DNA of 64,000 nucleotides from an uncultured virus (IMG/VR IMGVR_UViG_3300020048_000045) (taxonomy: Duplodnaviria; Heunggongvirae; Uroviricota; Caudoviricetes): the IMG/VR virus record IMGVR_UViG_3300020048_000045; one strand, given 5' to 3'. A program made the translations under genes and the position numbers. The notes below the pieces were generated by a model. It saw only the letters and a list, made by a program, of their open reading frames with translations, was not told the origin of the DNA and ran no database searches. Positions 56,548 to 64,000 of this stretch are shown in pieces (within the stretch, counting starts at the first letter, position 1; every line of letters begins with the position of its first letter).

Positions 56548-58890
56548 TTAAACTTGATCTTGTAAATCTTCTACTAATTCATCTGTTAAATTCTCATCTT
56601 GCTCTGAAGGAACATCTTCATTAAGCTTAAGTCTGTAGTTGGTATAATCTATTCTATGTTTGTAATACTTGAACAGATCACACAATACAGAGTGTATCTC
56701 ACTATCCTGCATTCCATAATCACTACGATGTGAATTGTTTGTAGCAGCTTTCAAGATAGATGTAATGAACGGCATCTTGCTAATCAGCTTTTTCACATCT
56801 AAATAATCATCATATATCTCAGGATCAAAGAGATTCTTCTCTTCAGCTACTTCTAGCATTGCCTGATACAATGTCTCGTTGGTTGTTAAGAAATTTTGCA
56901 TTCTATAGTCCCTGAGACGTGTAATTTTATCATACAGATCTTTAGAGATAGAATCAAAATGATGCTTCTTCTCAAACAACGCTTTATTTGCTTCCATCAA
57001 TTTATAAATGACATATGCAGTGACCAGGCGTTTAAATGGTTTATTCTTTCCTTCCATAAACTTTTCATAGGACATTAAATTGTGAACTTCCAATTTCTCT
57101 ACATTCTTTAATTCTCTTTCAGAGAACGTAATTAACTTAAATTGCATACTATCAGCACTTGCACGATTGTACTTTCTGAATCTGGTAACACCATAGATTC
57201 TTTCCAGGTCATCGTTCTTGTCATGATGAGTATAAATTATAAGTCCAGGAAACTTAGGGAAGGTCTGCAGCTTAAATGTTTCAGGAACAAACTTACAGCT
57301 CCTGTTGGTATATCTTTCTGTATCAACAGCAATCTTACCAATCAGTTCACCTTCAAGTTTAATCCTTCTTCCACTTCCTCCTGTAGAAACACTTTTCACC
57401 TTTCTATTGTCCAACCAAGCTTTTGGAATCTCGATGGCATCCAGATCAAGTAGCTTATCACTATATCTTTTCTGAATACTCTGATATTCCTGAATTACTC
57501 TTCTCCACAAGTGCTTTCCATAATTATTAAGCTCAAGCAGATTATAATAATTATTATGCCCTTGACTCCTGCGACCACCAAGCTTCATGTTCTTGGAACG
57601 CTTGACAAAATGATATTGGCTACCAGAACGAAGAAGACTCTTAATATATTCTCTCTTGTTGCCAGCAATCTTGTCTGAAAATACATACCAATGCACACCG
57701 TCTATATCTGAAGGAGTGACAGAATCTAGATTATTCTTTCTCTCCATCATCTTTCCGTTACGCAATTTGTACTTTTCTACATATTCAAACATCAAGCTAT
57801 TCCTAATCTCAGTAAGTCTTTCAAGATTTAACAATTTGATTCCCTTGAGCTTAGGAGCTACAATAGGGACATTACTATACTTATTCAGTGTAGAAATATC
57901 ATATTCTTTACCCCCAAGAGTAACCATCATCTCATCTCCTTTGTAATAATCGAAGATGTCCTTCAGATCATCTGTATCAGTAATGGTCTCGTTATATTTT
58001 GTCACAAAGAAATCAGCCACCTTATGGATTTTATCCACAATTGCCTTCTTTGCTTCCTGGGTATAACGAATCGCTTCTCTGTTAGGAGTGGGAAATATTC
58101 CATCAGAAAGACCAAATCTCAATCCTACAGGAACATTAATTCTATCGATTCCTACCTTTGCAAAATCAAGAGGATAATAGACATTGTCCAGACAGATGTG
58201 CATAGATGGATCATACACCATGTCAGAATATTGAAAATCTTCAGCACGGGTAATACTAAATCCATTATTGATATTGTCCACATCAAAATAGACACTCTCA
58301 AAATATGCCAGCTGCTGTTTAATCTTAACGATAAAATCAACCTTGTCATACCCTTTCAGAGAAACAATTACCTTCACTCCGTTACCTTCAGTTGTTGGTT
58401 GCTCATACAGAAGATCAATCATGTTTCCTGATTCACCTTCATACATCATGTACTTACGCTCAACATTGTTCTTCCTGGCAATGAAATAGAACGAACTTGT
58501 ATAGGCAAGAGGGGCTTTAAAGCCAAGCCCCATCATGCCTAATTCGTTTGCACTATTCCTCTTTGTAGATTTACCATACTTACTGATGATATTTCTGACA
58601 TCATCATCATCCAGTCCAATGCCAAAGTCTTCAACAGTAAATTCATAATTGTACTGCTGATTATACTTCAGGGATACAATAATAGGTTTGTCCACTCCAG
58701 CTCTTCTGTGACTATCCAGGGCATTGCTTGCAAGCTCCCTGACAGTAGAACCAATCTCATCTGAATAGAGATTTTTACTTAACATCTGCATCAAAATCTG
58801 AGCAGAATCTAAGTCTAGCGACATCGCTATCTGTTCCTGGTCTTCACCATCGACAACTACTTGTGCTTCTTTTTGCTGTTCTAAAATCAT
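56548..58890 (-). CDS. rIIA: rIIA-like protein with N-terminal GHKL/Hsp90-type ATPase
   Basis: LSKNLYS...VRELASNALDSH, VEDFGIGL, YGKSTK...GMMGLGFKAP.AY and P.RE.I.Y motifs. Confidence 0.85.
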   Translation of the reverse strand: MILEQQKEAQVVVDGEDQEQIAMSLDLDSAQILMQMLSKNLYSDEIGSTVRELASNALDSHRRAGVDKPIIVSLKYNQQYNYEFTVEDFGIGLDDDDVRNIISKYGKSTKRNSANELGMMGLGFKAPLAYTSSFYFIARKNNVERKYMMYEGESGNMIDLLYEQPTTEGNGVKVIVSLKGYDKVDFIVKIKQQLAYFESVYFDVDNINNGFSITRAEDFQYSDMVYDPSMHICLDNVYYPLDFAKVGIDRINVPVGLRFGLSDGIFPTPNREAIRYTQEAKKAIVDKIHKVADFFVTKYNETITDTDDLKDIFDYYKGDEMMVTLGGKEYDISTLNKYSNVPIVAPKLKGIKLLNLERLTEIRNSLMFEYVEKYKLRNGKMMERKNNLDSVTPSDIDGVHWYVFSDKIAGNKREYIKSLLRSGSQYHFVKRSKNMKLGGRRSQGHNNYYNLLELNNYGKHLWRRVIQEYQSIQKRYSDKLLDLDAIEIPKAWLDNRKVKSVSTGGSGRRIKLEGELIGKIAVDTERYTNRSCKFVPETFKLQTFPKFPGLIIYTHHDKNDDLERIYGVTRFRKYNRASADSMQFKLITFSERELKNVEKLEVHNLMSYEKFMEGKNKPFKRLVTAYVIYKLMEANKALFEKKHHFDSISKDLYDKITRLRDYRMQNFLTTNETLYQAMLEVAEEKNLFDPEIYDDYLDVKKLISKMPFITSILKAATNNSHRSDYGMQDSEIHSVLCDLFKYYKHRIDYTNYRLKLNEDVPSEQDENLTDELVEDLQDQV

Positions 58891-58908
58891 AACTCTTTCT
58901 TTGTTTAA

Positions 58909-59226
58909 TTAATAATCTTCTCTTTCTAAAAGCCAAAATTCCCTGTAATTAGGATCGATATACTTCTTGTGATTGTGATCTTCAGCTGTACATAAGATCT
59001 TACTTTCTTTACGAGTATAAGTTCTACCTCCCCAATTGTAAGTGACATCTTTTGTTTCTCTTTTACAAGATACTCTGAGAGTCACATACCTTGGTTTTCC
59101 CAAATGAGTTTGCCTTCCCTGAGGATCAAGACGAGGGTCCTGAAGTAGTCTCATCATTGTAAACTTTCCATTTGAAGGATAGAGAATAAGATCTCCTTTT
59201 CTTAAATCTTCAACTTGTGCTAACAT
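58909..59226 (-). CDS. Hypothetical protein
   Basis: 105-aa ORF. Confidence 0.6.
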   Translation of the reverse strand: MLAQVEDLRKGDLILYPSNGKFTMMRLLQDPRLDPQGRQTHLGKPRYVTLRVSCKRETKDVTYNWGGRTYTRKESKILCTAEDHNHKKYIDPNYREFWLLEREDY

Positions 59227-59237
59227 ACTTTTAATTT

Positions 59238-59960
59238 TTAAAATGGTGATTTGTCATACTTTAACCATTTGATAGGATCACGCTTCGTATCAAACAGAAT
59301 TTTATTTACTTTTTTAAAGACTCCTTCAGAATCCCACTCTGCTCCCTGATAGCTTGCACTGGCTGGATGAGACACTTTAAAAGTCCAAGTAAATGGAGCT
59401 ACATATCTCTCAAGCTTAGCTGCTTCCTTTCCAAGGAAAATAACTGGTATCCTGATTGTATCCAACACATTTTCAAACAGATGTTTCATAAATGGTTCCC
59501 ACAATTCATTATGAGATCCAGCTTTGTTTGCTTCAACAGTGAGTCCTGCATTAAGCATCAACACCCCTTGCTCAGCCAGATAGCTGACATCAGGAGTCTT
59601 TTCATATTCCAGGTTTAACCCGTTATAAAGCTCATTCTCAACACCTTTATAAAATTGTTCAAGAGAAGGCTGTACATAACCAGTTTCACCGCATCCCATG
59701 AGCAGACCATCTGCTACAGGCATTCCATTACGCCATGTGTGATAGGGACACATCCCCACCATTATGACTTGTATCTGATCTAATGGAGTCTCAAGAAAAC
59801 ACCTATAAGTGTTAGCAGAGAGTGGGGCAATCTGCTTGCCCCTTTTACTCTCGCTCTTGAGAAAATCATAGATCTTGTCACATGCTTCACTTTCAATAAA
59901 TGGCCTAATACCTTCGTGCCAGCTTACATCAAACTTTTCTTTGAAATTTTCCCAATTCAT
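59238..59960 (-). CDS. ung: Family-1 uracil-DNA glycosylase homologue with an atypical active site
   Basis: GMCPYH (canonical GQDPYH), PSL, QGVLMLN..LTV....GSH..W..F, FLGK.A and SHPA motifs. Confidence 0.8.
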   Translation of the reverse strand: MNWENFKEKFDVSWHEGIRPFIESEACDKIYDFLKSESKRGKQIAPLSANTYRCFLETPLDQIQVIMVGMCPYHTWRNGMPVADGLLMGCGETGYVQPSLEQFYKGVENELYNGLNLEYEKTPDVSYLAEQGVLMLNAGLTVEANKAGSHNELWEPFMKHLFENVLDTIRIPVIFLGKEAAKLERYVAPFTWTFKVSHPASASYQGAEWDSEGVFKKVNKILFDTKRDPIKWLKYDKSPF

Positions 59961-59963
59961 AAC

Positions 59964-60773
59964 TTAGTCAAATAATGATAATTGTTTAATACGTGGATCT
60001 TCTACAGGCTCTTTTACAAGCTCAGCAGGAACTGTAATCAATGTTTTAGGCTTTGTCATCATCTCAGCAGCTTCAACAAAGAACTTATGAGCAGCCATAT
60101 GATCATCCATCCAGCGAGCAGGATGAATTGCACCAATTGCATAAGTTGTATAATTATACAGTTCCCACAGTGAACCAGCAGCGTTATAATCAAACGTAGG
60201 TTTATTCAACTCACGCTTAATAATATTCAGCTGTGTAGATTCAATGAACTCCTGCTCAATATACATCCTTCCTATGAGCTCAGCAGCAATCTTACGATCT
60301 ACTTGTACTTGCTTCATCTCATCTCTGTCAGCCTGCAGGGCCATAAATACTTCAGCTGAATGCTTGATGTATTCAGCGATCTTCTGTGGAGCCATCGTTT
60401 GAATCTCACCAACATGTTTCTTCCTAAAGGCGTCCATAGCCCTGAAAGACATCATACCGTTGGTACATACCAAGACCATGGCTCCAATTGCGAAATCAAG
60501 CTTTTTGGTCTTATCATAACTGTTCTGCCACATCAATTGCAATTGCATCTCTTTGTCTGCAACATTCCCTATCCTATACCAGGCATTGGCAATATTACCT
60601 TCTTTTGCAGCTCCATATCGCTCACTGGTGAGTTCAAATCCTGCTTGTTGAATTCCTTCCAGGGCAAGATCTATCAATTGCTCATGACTAACGGGCTTGT
60701 ATGTCCTTGTTTGAGCAGGAAGGGGTGTGTTAATTAATAACTGTTTTGTTGTGTCATAGTTCATACTTTTCAT
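59964..60773 (-). CDS. DUF932/DUF945-like protein
   Basis: Y.PVSH, NSYD, G....VCTNGM, KHVG and SLWELYN..T motifs. Confidence 0.7.
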   Translation of the reverse strand: MKSMNYDTTKQLLINTPLPAQTRTYKPVSHEQLIDLALEGIQQAGFELTSERYGAAKEGNIANAWYRIGNVADKEMQLQLMWQNSYDKTKKLDFAIGAMVLVCTNGMMSFRAMDAFRKKHVGEIQTMAPQKIAEYIKHSAEVFMALQADRDEMKQVQVDRKIAAELIGRMYIEQEFIESTQLNIIKRELNKPTFDYNAAGSLWELYNYTTYAIGAIHPARWMDDHMAAHKFFVEAAEMMTKPKTLITVPAELVKEPVEDPRIKQLSLFD

Positions 60774-60775
60774 AA

Positions 60776-61012
60776 CTAATCTCTGTTTTGATTTATATAC
60801 GCTTCTTCGATTTCTGAAATCGTTGTTTCTGATAATAATTCAAAGATACTGACTCCTTTCACACGAATGTCCTCAATATCAAATTCTCCACCCTCTGCAG
60901 GGTAGCCTGGATCACCATTGGAGAGATAACGTCTCTCTGGCACATAAGGAGTGGAGTAGTAATCTACTTCCAGCTCCACGTCTTTGTATGTAACATATCC
61001 TGATCCTGTCAC
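60776..61012 (-). CDS. Hypothetical protein
   Basis: 78 aa with GTG start and GDPGYPAEG motif. Confidence 0.55.
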   Translation of the reverse strand: MTGSGYVTYKDVELEVDYYSTPYVPERRYLSNGDPGYPAEGGEFDIEDIRVKGVSIFELLSETTISEIEEAYINQNRD

Positions 61013-61179
61013 GAGTTTAAATCATTTAATTGTTCACGTAATTTTTCAATAAGTTCATCTTTATAGTCAAGTCGTTCGTTCAACTCGTTGACTTCTTCTT
61101 CAAGTCTGTCGATCTCTGCTACAAGCATGTCAACTGAATTAGATATAGATTCTGCTTCTCGTTGTAATTGTTTGTTCAT
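61009..61179 (-). CDS. 56-aa acidic coiled-coil protein (not in the ORF track)
   Basis: MNKQLQREAESISNSVDMLVAEIDRLEEEVNELNERL...; 4-nt overlaps on both sides. Confidence 0.6.
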   Translation of the reverse strand: MNKQLQREAESISNSVDMLVAEIDRLEEEVNELNERLDYKDELIEKLREQLNDLNS

Positions 61180-62180
61180 AATAGTCCTTTCTCTTTTAAA
61201 TAGTTTTCGATAGGTTCATATCCATGGGCCTTTGCAAGGTCGCTCCAATCTTTAATTCCTTCCTTCAGATACTTCCTGGGGACATTACAATAGTCAAATC
61301 CAAATAGCTTGGTGATTTGCTGGCTATTGCTAACCCCTGTAATATCAGAATCAAATGATAATATTTGTCTTTTGGAATTGCTCTTCAGGAACTCTACATT
61401 CTCGTGAGAAAAGCATGCAACGCCTTCATTCTGGACAGCACAGGAAGCAGGAAATACCTTCTTCATCACCATGAAATCCTTTTTGCTCTTGTTAATGAAT
61501 GCTACATCACAATCTTTAATGAGGTCCTTACCATCCATGGAAGTAATAGGTACGTTATTAGGTACCCATTTACCTTTTTTATCAGCAAATGGCCTATAAA
61601 TCTTCCAATGTCCATCATAGAAATATCCAAATCTCAACTCATTATCCTTTATAGGGAACTTCAGCTTATTAAGATAGACACTCTTTAATGAATAAACATT
61701 ATTAGCTCTAAGATCCTCCAGACTTTGATGATATTGATTCCAATAATCCAGCTCCTCTTGTGTGAACTTTCTAGTGACTGCCTGTATAAGAGAATACCTT
61801 TTACCAAGATCTTCAGGTTGTTTATATTCTCCTACAATCTTTTTATAGTCACCTTTTACACTGCCTGGAGATATTCCTAGTCCAAAGTCTTTATCAACTT
61901 TAATCAGTGCTTCATTTACAGATGATAAATGATAGAGAGTTTGAACAAAATCAAAGCAATCACCACGTTTGTCTGTATCAGCAAAGTCAATAAAATAGAG
62001 ATCACCTCTCCTGTTCCCTATAAGAAAAGAAGGATGTTTCTCATTTCTGAATGGAGAGAATGTCACCTGATTTATCTTCCAGTCTTTCTCTGGCATATAA
62101 AACTTGAACACATCATATTCAGATATCTTATCCAGGACAGTTTGAGGAGTGAGTATGATTCTCTTTGTTCCTGTAATCAT
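61176..62180 (-). CDS. dnaG: DNA primase (DnaG/TOPRIM type, crAss-like)
   Basis: SPFRNEKHPSF...DFA...GDCFDFV N-terminal domain; INKSKKD, FDSDITG and KDWSD TOPRIM motifs. Confidence 0.8.
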   Translation of the reverse strand: MITGTKRIILTPQTVLDKISEYDVFKFYMPEKDWKINQVTFSPFRNEKHPSFLIGNRRGDLYFIDFADTDKRGDCFDFVQTLYHLSSVNEALIKVDKDFGLGISPGSVKGDYKKIVGEYKQPEDLGKRYSLIQAVTRKFTQEELDYWNQYHQSLEDLRANNVYSLKSVYLNKLKFPIKDNELRFGYFYDGHWKIYRPFADKKGKWVPNNVPITSMDGKDLIKDCDVAFINKSKKDFMVMKKVFPASCAVQNEGVACFSHENVEFLKSNSKRQILSFDSDITGVSNSQQITKLFGFDYCNVPRKYLKEGIKDWSDLAKAHGYEPIENYLKEKGLL

Positions 62181-62560
62181 TTGTAATTGGTATAATCTTT
62201 TACTTCAACTATTTCAGAATCAACGAGTTTATTAATCTGATCTTTCAATGCAAACCTGATATCATTTGTATAATACACTCGTCTTGCATTCTCGATAAAT
62301 ACTCCACGAAATGACTGTTTCTTCTCACACTTTCTTAACTTATCCTCAGTTGTCCACAATATCTTGTTTACAGTAGTTAGCTGTTTGAATATTGCAGCGA
62401 TCTCTGGATTAGTTAAAAAGGGAGCAGCCAATTCATTCAACTTAGCAGCTTCACGGTTTACATGTCTCAGCTTTTCAACATCTTTAATCTTAGATTGTTT
62501 AATTCTAAGAATTGAAAGCTTGTCTATCAGTTCTCCAACACTTACTGGTATTTGTATCAT
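62177..62560 (-). CDS. DUF6165-like protein
   Basis: Likely start MIQIPVSVGELIDKLSILRIK; VN..LW.TED..R and AR.VY..ND.R...K..IN motifs. Confidence 0.65.
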   Translation of the reverse strand: MIQIPVSVGELIDKLSILRIKQSKIKDVEKLRHVNREAAKLNELAAPFLTNPEIAAIFKQLTTVNKILWTTEDKLRKCEKKQSFRGVFIENARRVYYTNDIRFALKDQINKLVDSEIVEVKDYTNYK

Positions 62561-62564
62561 AATA

Positions 62565-62601
62565 AAGAAAATAAAGCCCCAACAGATTTCTCCATTGGGG
62601 C
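62565..62601 (-). terminator. Intrinsic terminator
   Basis: GCCCCAATGGA-GAAA-TCTGTTGGGGC-TTTATTTT on the - strand. Confidence 0.8.
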
Positions 62602-62621
62602 CAAGTTCAAACAATTAAACA

Positions 62622-63512
62622 TTAATAGTCATCACCGTCACTAGTAATAACTTTATCAGAAGCAACCAAGTTATCGTCAGCATTATATTCCTTCAGATCC
62701 CTTAACAGGAAGAACTCCCTGCATCCATGCTCACCAGTAACATTCAATACGAATCTTTCGTGAGGTTTTAGATCTTTTGGTTTCTTAGCACGAAGATTCC
62801 TCAGGATGTTCTCGTCCATATAATTGACAAGTCTGAAGTTCTTCAAGCTATATGCAGGCAGGAAGCCTTTGTTATACACACCTTGATACTCTTTACTTTC
62901 ACCTTCTTTGTCCTTAATAGACACGGTGGCCAGAGCAACAATGTTTGTACACCATTCACCATCAATCTGATCTTTCAGGTCTTTTGTGTTACCTTTCATC
63001 AGCTTCTTCCAATCCAACTCAAGAGTTGTCTCAGCTTTGCGATAATCAAGCTCACCAAGCCAGGTCCTTAAGAAACCATAAAGTTCCTCTTCACCAACTT
63101 TAGCAATACGATAATCACGAGCTGTAAACCACTCAGGTAAGTTGTTGGGATCATCAGCCCAAGCACAAGACCCTACAGCATTGATATACTGTGTCTTAGT
63201 CTGGTCCTTGTTCATACGCTCCTTGTTTTCCAGGAAGAATGTAACTTTAAACTTACCTTCACGTTTCTCTTCATCAGACTCATTCTTGATGTCTTGAAGC
63301 CACACATCCACTCTCAGATAAGTATTACCATCCTGGCTGGTACCCAAATACTCAACAGCCTTGCTGTCTTCCTTCAGTTCTGTACCAAGCAGTTCTTTGT
63401 ACTCTTCTGCATCTGGATTAATAGCTACTACTTTGGCTTCAAACAGGCCAACACTCTTTTTAAAATCTGGGAGATTTGTTCTCTCTTTTTTTGCTCCACC
63501 AATTGTACTCAT
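62622..63512 (-). CDS. Probable single-stranded DNA-binding/replication protein
   Basis: 296 aa, beta-rich with an acidic C-terminal tail ending SDGDDY. It lies between the AAA ATPase and primase and is followed by a terminator. Confidence 0.45.
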   Translation of the reverse strand: MSTIGGAKKERTNLPDFKKSVGLFEAKVVAINPDAEEYKELLGTELKEDSKAVEYLGTSQDGNTYLRVDVWLQDIKNESDEEKREGKFKVTFFLENKERMNKDQTKTQYINAVGSCAWADDPNNLPEWFTARDYRIAKVGEEELYGFLRTWLGELDYRKAETTLELDWKKLMKGNTKDLKDQIDGEWCTNIVALATVSIKDKEGESKEYQGVYNKGFLPAYSLKNFRLVNYMDENILRNLRAKKPKDLKPHERFVLNVTGEHGCREFFLLRDLKEYNADDNLVASDKVITSDGDDY

Positions 63513-63528
63513 TTTCTAATTGAATTAA

Positions 63529-63999
63529 TTATTTATAATACTCATTTACTTTATCTACCACAAATTGTAGATTATTAGGGATCTTGACTTCATCAAACAT
63601 ACCACTTGGACTCTTAGCAGGATATTTCTTATAACGATTGGTGAGGAAGTTATACTCAGTGGTACCATCCTTCTTCTCCTCAACATTAGTGTACAAACAT
63701 ACAGTTAATAATCCTTCCAACAAGACTTGATTGTCGATTAATTTACCAGCAGTCTTGATCTTATATCCAATGATGCTGCCATCATCTTCAATTGTTTCAA
63801 GGTGAGTAAGATAAAAGACAATGATGTCTTCACGTAGTTTCCTGGCTTCTTTGAACAGATTCACCATTTCCTGTGCCATAACACTGAACTTAGTATATCC
63901 TACCTCAGTAGCCTTAGCCACCATGTTAAATCCCATAATGTAATTACTGTCCTCAATCACAATATTCTTGATGTGAGGAGCAGAATCAGAAATGGTTCT
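63529..63999 (-). CDS. AAA_24/Sak4-like ATPase, 5'-truncated by the window edge
   Basis: The frame is open to the window end. Walker B NIVIED, THLE, KIKTAGK.ID and AKSP.GMF....PN motifs. Confidence 0.75.
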   Translation of the reverse strand, partial: RTISDSAPHIKNIVIEDSNYIMGFNMVAKATEVGYTKFSVMAQEMVNLFKEARKLREDIIVFYLTHLETIEDDGSIIGYKIKTAGKLIDNQVLLEGLLTVCLYTNVEEKKDGTTEYNFLTNRYKKYPAKSPSGMFDEVKIPNNLQFVVDKVNEYYK

Positions 64000-64000
64000 T

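Noticed and set aside
62561..62614. Upstream extension MFELGPNGEICWGFIFFI of ORF 62177-62614
   Set aside because: It runs through a terminator hairpin, and the family-like sequence starts at the ATG at 62560.
1..64000. Stop-codon reassignment (TAG or TGA), known in some crAss-like phages
   Set aside because: Very long ORFs are open in the standard code, coding density is high, and TAA, TGA and TAG all terminate genes at sensible positions.
1..64000. tRNA genes, introns, inteins, integrase or transposase
   Set aside because: No cloverleaf was recognised in the short intergenic gaps. RNAP, RecA, NrdJ and primase appear uninterrupted and no mobile-element enzyme motifs were seen. This is a by-eye screen only.

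Overview
This 64 kb window is part of a lytic dsDNA phage genome that looks crAss-like (Crassvirales-type, probably infecting a Bacteroidota host) and reads in the standard genetic code. The + strand block (1-45958) is late/virion genes: cargo/ejection proteins, a 4351-aa zincin + virion RNA polymerase (DFDID) polyprotein, a 2277-aa multi-enzyme protein, a tail/fibre cassette with Gly-Thr-Ser repeats, a lysis cassette, small poly-Thr proteins, a Dps-like protein and tiny Lys-rich proteins. The - strand block (45985-64000) is replication and recombination: RecA, class II RNR, PD-(D/E)xK exonuclease, HNH proteins, rIIA/rIIB, an atypical UNG, primase, a probable SSB and an AAA ATPase. The most striking element is a candidate phage protein O-glycosylation system. 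It comprises a four-domain MTase/GT-A/GT4/TibC-like enzyme, an enzyme with motifs resembling plant GT95/GT96 peptidyl O-glycosyltransferases that is flanked by poly-Thr mini-proteins, and a lectin-GT fusion, all close to Ser/Thr-repeat structural proteins. All family calls come from recognising motifs by eye; no database search was run, so novelty is unverified.
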